Below are positions 23,601-28,948 of a stretch of 64,000 nucleotides of DNA, piece by piece; position 1 is the stretch's first letter, and each line of letters begins with the position of its first letter. Both the position numbers and the translations under genes were made by a program. The notes beneath the pieces were generated by a model that was given only the letters and a program-made list of their open reading frames with translations, was not told the origin of the DNA and searched no databases. This DNA comes from a virus. The stretch lies in IMG/VR virus record IMGVR_UViG_3300034198_015644, positions 32,001 to 96,000 of that record; one strand, given 5' to 3'.

Positions 23601-26600
23601 TTATATGGTACTACATCAAATGGTGGAAATATAGGTTCATATGGGACAATTTTTACTTGTAGTACATCAGGAAATTATGGAGTAATACATAAATTTACAG
23701 GTGTAGATGGTGACGGACCACAAGAAGGTCTTTTTAAAGGTCAAAGTAATATTTTTTATGGGACTACTTATGGTGGTGGGATTCATAATTTGGGTACAAT
23801 TTATAGTTGTGATACTTTAGGTAATCATGGGGTAATTTACAATTTTAATGGTTCAGGTTCAACCGGATCTTTACCGTATAATGGATTATATGTGGCAGAA
23901 AATGATATTTTATACGGTTTCACTCAGTACGGCGGAATTTATTCGGCGGGAAATTTTTATAGATTTAATCCATATAATTTTCTATATGGAGATTGTCCTT
24001 ATTCGGGTACTGTTAACATACCATGTTTTTATTTAGATGAATTAAATGTGGAAGTTCCATGTACAACAAACGATGGTCAAATATCAGTTCAGGCATTGGG
24101 AGGTAATCCTGATTACACATATACTTTGACATATACTAGTATAACAAATGATACATACAGTATAACACAATTTGGTACCACATTTCAACCAATAACGTTT
24201 ATCAATTTAAGTGCATTAACATGGGGATTAATTGTCACAGATTCTAGTGGACAAACGTTAAGTCAAATTTATGATTTTAATCCAATCGATAACCCATCTA
24301 TCACTACAGTTAATGGTGATACTATTTGTATTAGTTTAGATCAAGTGGGATTATCATTAACAGGTATTACATTAGATGGTAATATACTATATAGTGGGAA
24401 TATAGGTCTAACTAATTTTTGTTTTACTGCAGGTTGTGGTAACCATTTGGCCCAATTTTATACTACCAATGGATGTATGTACCCCATTCCCTTTTCTTTT
24501 GATTGCCCACCAAGTAATTTAGTCTTCACAAATTTAAGTCAGATAGATCCTTTTTGTTGTAACTCTTCTGCAAAAATTAATGTGGCAGTAACAGGCGGTA
24601 CATTGCCATATACGTATACTATATATAATATACCAACTACCGCGACTTATACTAATACTACGGGTAATTTTACAAACATATACCCACCTACAGGAACTTG
24701 GCAAGTAATTGCAACGGATGCAAATGGTAGCACGATAAGTAGTAATATTTTTACATTAAATTCAATATTTTTTGCTGATATTACATTTATTAATAATATC
24801 GCAGTTATTAATTTTAGTGGATCTACTGGAATAGATGTACTAATAAATGGAGTTTCACAAACTTTAGGTTATATTGCAACTAAAGTAAGTGGGGGAACTT
24901 TAAGTTATCCAATACCTTGTGGAACTAATATTAATGTTGAAGTTATTGGTAGAATAGTTATAAATCCTATAACTAAAACTTATGAATATTGTCCTATAAG
25001 TGCAAGTACATTTTATCCTTGTCCTTTATTTTGTAGTAATATAATTAGTCAACCAAGATGTCCAGGACAAAACGCTAATTCTGTTACAGTCTTAGTAACA
25101 GGCGGAACACCAAACTACAATATAACATTAACTAATGGTACGTTAATTTATACTGCTAACACATCACTAAATAGTTATATTTTTAACGATAACCCACCTT
25201 TAGTCACTTTAATACAAGATGATTGGACAATAACTGTTATAGATTCTGATGGTACAGTTTGTATACAAGATATAACTATACAATCTAGTTTTGATGCAAC
25301 AATAACAGGTACGTCAACGGGGGCATGTTTTACGGTAGTTGGGGGAAATCCACCATATACACTTTATATTGATGGCGTGATTTATACACCATTAATAAAT
25401 CAAATAAGTAATGATATTGTTTATTGCGTACCACTAAATTGCGGTAATCATCAATTAGAAATAAGAGAAACAGGAGTACCACCAGCGGCATGTTCAATAG
25501 TTTTAGATTACTTTAGTTCCTGTCAATTGACTTGTAGTACAATAACTACAGATCCCGGTTGTAATGATAATTGTAGTGGATCAGTTACGATAAGTGTAAC
25601 TGGTGGAACACCACCATACAACTATAGTTTAATTAGAACCTCACCATCGTTTTATCAAACGACATATACGGGTCCACAAACTACTTGGACTTTCTATGAT
25701 CTATGCGAAGGGACTTATGATATTACAGTATCGGCGTTAACTAATGGTGCGTTTTGTACATCTAATTTGAATCTAGCATCAATATATGATGTAGTAGTTA
25801 GTGGATATGCAGTTTCAACTAACTGTCTATATGGTGTAATGTGTATTGACATTACGGGAGGAACACCACCTTATGATGTATATATTGATGGAATACTAAG
25901 AGCAACTGCAATTACTCAAACACATAGTTGTTATAGTGCAACTTGTGGTGTAAATCATACTTATCAGGTAATTGATTCTGCACCTCCTTGTAATATACCA
26001 TTAAATCAGGCATTACTTAAAAATACAAGTTTTACAGGGACTAGTGATTGGATATTGACTAATGATTATACTGGTAGTACTATAATATCGGGAGGTAGTG
26101 CAATAGTATCTTCTACGACATATAATACTTTACAAGTATTTAGATTTTTACAAGATTATATTTTCCCGTTCCAAAAACCAATATCAATAAAATATAATGT
26201 CAGTGTTAGTACAGGGACAATTCAAAATTACAATTATTTACCACAATTTAGGATACAAAGTCCTTTTGGTAGTACTAATATGGGTGGAATTGCACCTAAT
26301 TCGACATATTCTACAACAAAACAGATAGTAAGTACGGTAGAACCTGTAATTTTCTCAGGTTTTGGTATTAATTTTTATCAATCGTTCCTACCTAATAATA
26401 AAACTGAGGTAAAAGACATGCAATTGACATTATTGTCTTATACTGTAGATTGTAGATGTTCGGCTAGCGGAACTACATATGTACCTTGCAACCCACCATT
26501 AACATTAAATGTTGTTTCTTATACAGAACCAAATTGTTTCAGTGCTTGTAATGGAACTATCATCGTTTCTGCAACCGGAGGAGTACTCCCATATAGTTAC

Positions 26601-26924
26601 TCAGCAACTAATGGAACGTCAATTTACATAAGCCCTAACGGGGTATTTAACGATCTTTGTGAAGATACTTGGGACTTGTCGGTTAGTGATAGTTGTAATA
26701 CAGTTGTTACAAACGCAGGATTCTTCTTACCAAACTCATTCCATGTAACAGTGGATACGTATCCTACAGAGTTTTGTGTGGGAATAACAGGAGGAACACC
26801 ACCTTACCATGTTTTCATAGATAATGTAGAAATTGATACCATTAGTCAAAGTCCGGTTAATATTTGTTATAGCGCAAGTTGTGGGGTAACCACAATTATA
26901 CGTGTGGTGGATAGCTCTACTTAA
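14619..26924 (+). CDS. Giant tail-fibre/adhesin-like protein: N-terminal GH-like TIM barrel, SprB-like Ig units, four TIGR03803 (GloVer) beta-propellers, CBM-like insert
   Basis: 4101 aa. 'TIENEFWN' domain; many 'P.C....G.I.V...GG.PPY.Y......F..L.AG.W...V.D' units; 'G.LYG.T..GG....GTIF......HSF.G..G..P' repeats at about 18.7-24.0 kb. Confidence 0.75.
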   Translation: MAFPILRDPEVIHLFVDKFPTLLSGPSSAITEFYSFCVKNGVNELSLYDTLSVLPSSTNSVSNFIYSAKTFNYVCEVGGTVNPYDPATLGLKYLNLITTYNNGQPNLSRKYDRITIENEFWNLETSINPLKNTAGFTISTIAGNTVASIAGGIPSSIFVVGNMVKVFGEYRQVLAIGATTITVDRGFTNTVTNQTFEIRDNKVSGAETYAIDFETYLLRLKNIRNVAVANNLKIDAYLSRRVTQVQFLKLIPFIDRILIEADYDQNNYLLYNDPTQLNKIRDVLIRCSQNRTGTVNINVGNNNMQGIGTDFTNELGVGTKIYVSGQVFTIQSIVSSTQATLLETNNSSTINNATFKTYTEFAPIFYINKTLRKTWLTTPVSTKSYADVFKMFTLSGYTVGGSVQSGSNPICYNLEDNPSITGATNLIGISIFDRTEAQSIDIKVAQSSSPRSSCTNPLARSIGANNTYAITFQGNDCTCDNATNGSVTANFSTIQPTPYNYTFTNGGRVIEITNLTTPPPYTFSGLGLGTWNISVRDGNNSVSTGSVTINESFQPTITGNYISAGQGGITVFYTGGYNNYYISRIDNPTNINNQWGPFISYHNAGSDPFFDSNITVNNTTKSYNSSSTPAYNFVPNQSYSFVIGDTDACIKIFTVTIPQASTGPSVNITQTTNPSCDAASNGSITMVAAGTGPYVFHVTYPNGNTSNINSVSTTQVLNNLSAGNYSVTVTDANNVTSTPAVTTTLTNTYNSNINATSTSPNQVCFQLVAGSTYTITSGGGTFQSFNQTVSGPNFTPCFNNLPGGQYNFNVLSSNGCSETIYLTVNSATLTLSLNQYENPSCTQVNDGIINVFATSNGNGQFSYSASNGSVIYSNNSGNFTNLSAGTWTLSVSQNGILGNNIVVQLNNSFYVNVTSTGETVCVSASGGSLGIYTVDINGTLHTYNTASTINCYTGLCSGNVVRVVDGDIINTSISGCVYTTTTPKDCAFNFNVTANTITCGDYGSIIARADGGVTPYIYTATGNGTYTNTTGNFNVLPSGIWTITVEDNIGNSGTTTVNLDSKLKFSADSSALSATCVTIIDGLAPYYILINQILYTASTQGTYCFDLECGYNGIDVYDSCTGTTCANYLFTAPGGIQSFFQNIFWTNCSGMTQSGILNSISPIIGNTFSTCAIFGTPVTTNSKIEISLIGFCPPGTNQDCVVDNSVIVYYDCPGPLSLEQTQDSVNPSCTDSSDGEIYFSGFGGDYPYVSYSAINGNTIYVNGTGTFSNLSAGTWTIYVEDSSNTITSTTVTLVSDFIVDFTITSFTENSVTICANIPIQYQTLEYELTFENQTAILNASNSFCNTFTGITGCSVVNVNLCSLRNYRRLTNIGGGGRSVIKGSDGLFYGVTQIGGLYNYGTIYRYNETTKVYTTLHSFNGTTDGNTPQDIIEVSNGKLYGICLVGGNSGYGTLFSCTTSGSYAVIHNFDGTNGGNPVSNLTLASNGVMYGMTQYDSTYGYGTIFSCSTIGNFGVVYSFQYVFSIPFDGYNPTGKLIEASNGLLYGVTPLGGSSDQGILFNYDYINNQYNNLFSFDYGSVAYPNEIVEGLDNNLYVIGDTFSNKSIYKLDLSGTPKGNVHNFSLSDGSNANKLIKGLNGNLWGSTLYGGLYNFGTIFSCDTLGNFEVLYNFKNSLPNDNFLLNTNSTIFYGTRQSNILYKINVSLPESCCFDTTTNLNDLLKPNIISLYGDYVNGVPSICTTIDISSSVNVWYTVTVNGEENIYDRSLEPNCFSALTEGLTDVSICEYVDSFNYLAIHYFDSTNNTFGTTPNGGLIEASDGNFYGMTFNGGSNDFGVIYSCDTIGNYGIIYNFGSVLFDGKYPLGSLIQGSNGTLYGMTSSDNILNLCGVIFSCTTTGNYGIIHRFDNTVTNGVTKGRTPEGSLCEVSDGFLYGVTRYGGFNNGGVIFKINPTTGQYFSIYEFGQAPNDPLEPIEGVIEVNNKLYGMSYFGGQHNFGTIYELDLNIGVPNTVFSFENVTGSGDIGFYPNGKLTLGSNGLLYGLTTGGGFYGVGAFFEFDPTYLTYRTIHSFSGTPIDGETATGTLFEDENGVFYGLTKEGGPIGRGTIFACDIYDNYKILKTLNNSNGRYPENTYFIKASDNNLYSTVSGGLPNNGGGIIKLTIETLTGCCYSATTNIPQCLDGVTIDTLWIDNMPYVNVLINSQNTTPPYEVTVGGITYPYYVGSLTGNCYPIIGCDPVIVNVCAPEITSQQLSGFTVEHKFSFSDAYDGKNPYGDLTLNYNGIFYGMTSQGGVNEPGYFPTGCGTIFSFDPITKIYQKVYDLDADNGDGFFPKGTLQCDLNYNLYGVNYYDAVSGYGTLFSCTTSGSYAVIHNFDDVNGSNPVTLPSREPLTGRFQRVGTTIKSATGDGVLYSFDNGTHVNDDFSSIGSFGRGTNSYFNDPSISYNKGINSNGPLLVDQELSLIYFGSTQAFVYGMTKEGGTNNNGVIFAYDFFVYGLYDIYNFTGGADGGKPTGGLIKYSYGLYNKVYGMTSEGGAGFGVIFEMDLSIFGSPVNTILHTFAGGTSDGSRPYGSLYEFNGRLYGMTYYGGTNNAGVIFSLDPRLPYPHDYTIIHSFNGSTGGSNPVGSLTMGPDGKLYGMTLYGGNGVGVGGKGIIFSIDFNLTQRAACCYQTTIDVNDPNDINLPLIEGTWFNSQPTISVSIDPNNYYVAPYTVTIDGVTYNYDTNSAKNYFPQLSCGTHTVVITPNAGNNTLDFSGLKSFSGPTIDPGSLFGNPIEPITNEFYALSYAGGALNFGTIFKIDLLGNVEILHNFSGSTYGDGNHPIQDLILSSNGKMYGTTSEGGIYNAGTIFSCDTLGNYGIVYNFSGGTNGGGPIQNLTEVSNGIFYGLVYQTGAFGMGIIFSCDTIGNYKLIHSFSGSPYDGMQPLESFYKHSNGILYGTTFNGGTYNAGTIFSCDTLGNYGIIHSFNNTVIPNNGCNPRCTLIEGDNGILYGTTSNGGNIGSYGTIFTCSTSGNYGVIHKFTGVDGDGPQEGLFKGQSNIFYGTTYGGGIHNLGTIYSCDTLGNHGVIYNFNGSGSTGSLPYNGLYVAENDILYGFTQYGGIYSAGNFYRFNPYNFLYGDCPYSGTVNIPCFYLDELNVEVPCTTNDGQISVQALGGNPDYTYTLTYTSITNDTYSITQFGTTFQPITFINLSALTWGLIVTDSSGQTLSQIYDFNPIDNPSITTVNGDTICISLDQVGLSLTGITLDGNILYSGNIGLTNFCFTAGCGNHLAQFYTTNGCMYPIPFSFDCPPSNLVFTNLSQIDPFCCNSSAKINVAVTGGTLPYTYTIYNIPTTATYTNTTGNFTNIYPPTGTWQVIATDANGSTISSNIFTLNSIFFADITFINNIAVINFSGSTGIDVLINGVSQTLGYIATKVSGGTLSYPIPCGTNINVEVIGRIVINPITKTYEYCPISASTFYPCPLFCSNIISQPRCPGQNANSVTVLVTGGTPNYNITLTNGTLIYTANTSLNSYIFNDNPPLVTLIQDDWTITVIDSDGTVCIQDITIQSSFDATITGTSTGACFTVVGGNPPYTLYIDGVIYTPLINQISNDIVYCVPLNCGNHQLEIRETGVPPAACSIVLDYFSSCQLTCSTITTDPGCNDNCSGSVTISVTGGTPPYNYSLIRTSPSFYQTTYTGPQTTWTFYDLCEGTYDITVSALTNGAFCTSNLNLASIYDVVVSGYAVSTNCLYGVMCIDITGGTPPYDVYIDGILRATAITQTHSCYSATCGVNHTYQVIDSAPPCNIPLNQALLKNTSFTGTSDWILTNDYTGSTIISGGSAIVSSTTYNTLQVFRFLQDYIFPFQKPISIKYNVSVSTGTIQNYNYLPQFRIQSPFGSTNMGGIAPNSTYSTTKQIVSTVEPVIFSGFGINFYQSFLPNNKTEVKDMQLTLLSYTVDCRCSASGTTYVPCNPPLTLNVVSYTEPNCFSACNGTIIVSATGGVLPYSYSATNGTSIYISPNGVFNDLCEDTWDLSVSDSCNTVVTNAGFFLPNSFHVTVDTYPTEFCVGITGGTPPYHVFIDNVEIDTISQSPVNICYSASCGVTTIIRVVDSST
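18959..19024 (+). repeat. 66-bp perfect direct repeat, copy 1 (copy 2 at 21680-21745)
   Basis: TAGTGGTTATGGTACGTTGTTTAGTTGTACCACTTCAGGATCATACGCAGTAATACATAATTTTGA occurs twice. Confidence 0.9.
21680..21745 (+). repeat. 66-bp perfect direct repeat, copy 2
   Basis: Identical to 18959-19024; encodes SGYGTLFSCTTSGSYAVIHNFD. Confidence 0.9.
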
Positions 26925-26964
26925 AAAAGTAAAATATAAAAGATTAAAACTATGTACGTTTTTT

Positions 26965-27015
26965 ATAAAATCCTTAATTTTAAATAATTAAGGATTTTAT
27001 CCTTTTATTTTTATT
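26965..27015 (+). terminator. Probable intrinsic terminator after the 4101-aa gene
   Basis: 15-bp perfect inverted repeat ATAAAATCCTTAATT / AATTAAGGATTTTAT with a 6-nt loop (26965-27000), followed by a T-rich tract. Confidence 0.65.
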
Positions 27016-27036
27016 AAAAAACTTATAAAAAATCAG

Positions 27037-27059
27037 AAAACAAAATAATTATTTTAAAA
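27037..27059 (+). promoter_or_regulatory. 23-bp duplicated upstream element (copy 2)
   Basis: Identical to 14588-14610; ends 7 nt before the ATG at 27067. Confidence 0.6.
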
Positions 27060-27066
27060 ACAAAAG

Positions 27067-28947
27067 ATGCCTATTCCAGCACCATATAATCCTAAAAATT
27101 TACATTTATGGGTTGATAATGTTACTAGTTTGTTAACTAACAGTACCAATTTTTTCCAATTAATTGATAATAACTGTATTAACACATTCACTATGTATCA
27201 AATACCTACGATAACTTCGCAGGTACAATCTTTGGGAAATTTTATATGTGAGGCAAAAACAAATCATGGAGTCTGTAGTGTGGCAGGAATTATAAACCCA
27301 TACGATTGGACTCCTCCTCCGGCCGGTACAAGAAACGTTCAATCTATTGTCAATTACAATAATAACCCAATTACACAGGCAAATTCATGTCGTAGAATTG
27401 ATTATCTCACAATTGAGAGTGAGTTTTGGAATATAGACGATCCCGCAATAAATCCTGTAGTTTCTAATGGTTGTACCATAAATATAGCTGCTAACTCATC
27501 AACAGGTACAGTTTCAGGTTGTTTAGGAGGAGTAACCGCAGGTATGATAATAAAAGTTTCTGTTGGGGCGACTTTTGTTTATAGACAAATAATTGGTATT
27601 AGTGGTAATATTGTAACATTTGATAGAGTTTTTGATCCAATTAACGCGTACTTAGCTGCACCATTTACAGTAATTAACAACCAAACCTTCTATGGAATTG
27701 ATTTTGAAACACTATTATATAGGATAAAATATAATATACGACCTATGGCAATTGCAAATAACTTATTGCCATTAGAAATATATGTTTCAAGAGCTTTAAC
27801 CAGCGATCAATTTGAAAGACTAATACCACACGTTGATAGATTATTAATTGAGGTAGATTATAATCAATTAAGTTATCCTAGATACAACGATAACGATGTA
27901 ACTAATCCCTCATGGTCAACTAACACTATTAAAAACGCTCTAAGTCTTTGTAGCGTCATTAGAACGGGTACAATTTCAATTGCACAAAATAGTAATATTG
28001 TAACAGGTAGTGGAACTTTATTTACAAGAGATTTGGGTGAACAATCACAAATAATTGTAAATGGAAACCAAATTTATACAATTGCCACAATAATTTCAGA
28101 TACTCAGGCAACAATTGTTGGTACTTCCCCAATCAATATAACTGCAGGTAGCACATACGCATCTTATTTTGATTACATGCCAATTTTTTATACATTACCA
28201 GCTGGGGCATTTGGTACTCCTCTTAGGAGACAATGGATGTTAAACCCTTCACCAAAAAGTTATGCGGATGTATATAGATTCCATTCTCAAAACGCCTATA
28301 CTGCAGGTGGATCAATACAGGTAGGAAATACCCCTATTGCATTTAACAACGAAACAGATCCATATATTGTTGATTCAGTTTCATTAGTTGGTTTATCGTT
28401 ATTTGTTTGGTCTTCTGTTAGTAATTTATCTCCTGTTGCACCACCAGATTATCCTTGTCCACCTTGTAGTGGAGAAACCATAATAGGGTGCGAGGTTACC
28501 GCAATCACAACCTCAAATTGTTTAATCGCAACATATACTAATCCAGCTTGTGATGGTGTTTGTGATGGCACTATAAGTGCGTCTACAACATATGGAATTG
28601 CGCCATTTACTTATTATATAACAGGAATAACTAATTCAATAACTTATGTAAGTAGTACAGGTTTTTTCAGCGGATTATGTGAAGACACTTATATTTTATG
28701 TGTTACAGATTCTGCATCAAATACCGAATGTTATTATCAAAATATAGAATTAGTAAATACATTTTATGCATCTATAAATTCATTTTTAAATGGTTTTTGT
28801 GTTACAATAAGTGGAGGTACAGGAATTTATTATGTATACAAGGATAATCAAGTTTTGCCTTGGGATTATAATAATACTACAAATTGTTATAGTGCGGATT
28901 GTTCCACACTTTCAGTAATAACAGTAAGAGATACTAGCACATTATAA
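27067..28947 (+). CDS. Short paralogue of the 4101-aa fibre protein: GH-like domain plus one SprB-like unit pair
   Basis: 626 aa. The N-terminal ~460 aa align by eye with the 4101-aa N-terminus (HLWVD/HLFVD, NPYD, TIESEFWN, IDFET, DRLLIE.DY.Q, KSYADV). The C-terminus matches its last unit. Confidence 0.75.
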   Translation: MPIPAPYNPKNLHLWVDNVTSLLTNSTNFFQLIDNNCINTFTMYQIPTITSQVQSLGNFICEAKTNHGVCSVAGIINPYDWTPPPAGTRNVQSIVNYNNNPITQANSCRRIDYLTIESEFWNIDDPAINPVVSNGCTINIAANSSTGTVSGCLGGVTAGMIIKVSVGATFVYRQIIGISGNIVTFDRVFDPINAYLAAPFTVINNQTFYGIDFETLLYRIKYNIRPMAIANNLLPLEIYVSRALTSDQFERLIPHVDRLLIEVDYNQLSYPRYNDNDVTNPSWSTNTIKNALSLCSVIRTGTISIAQNSNIVTGSGTLFTRDLGEQSQIIVNGNQIYTIATIISDTQATIVGTSPINITAGSTYASYFDYMPIFYTLPAGAFGTPLRRQWMLNPSPKSYADVYRFHSQNAYTAGGSIQVGNTPIAFNNETDPYIVDSVSLVGLSLFVWSSVSNLSPVAPPDYPCPPCSGETIIGCEVTAITTSNCLIATYTNPACDGVCDGTISASTTYGIAPFTYYITGITNSITYVSSTGFFSGLCEDTYILCVTDSASNTECYYQNIELVNTFYASINSFLNGFCVTISGGTGIYYVYKDNQVLPWDYNNTTNCYSADCSTLSVITVRDTSTL

Positions 28948-28948
28948 A

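Noticed and set aside
26919-27067. Ribosomal bypass, intron or readthrough fusing the 4101-aa and 626-aa ORFs
   Set aside because: The 142-nt gap has an in-frame TAA at 27055-57 and I saw no in-frame matching ACT landing codon after it. The gap is too short and AT-rich for a group I/II intron, and the downstream gene has its own paralogous N-terminus and upstream element.
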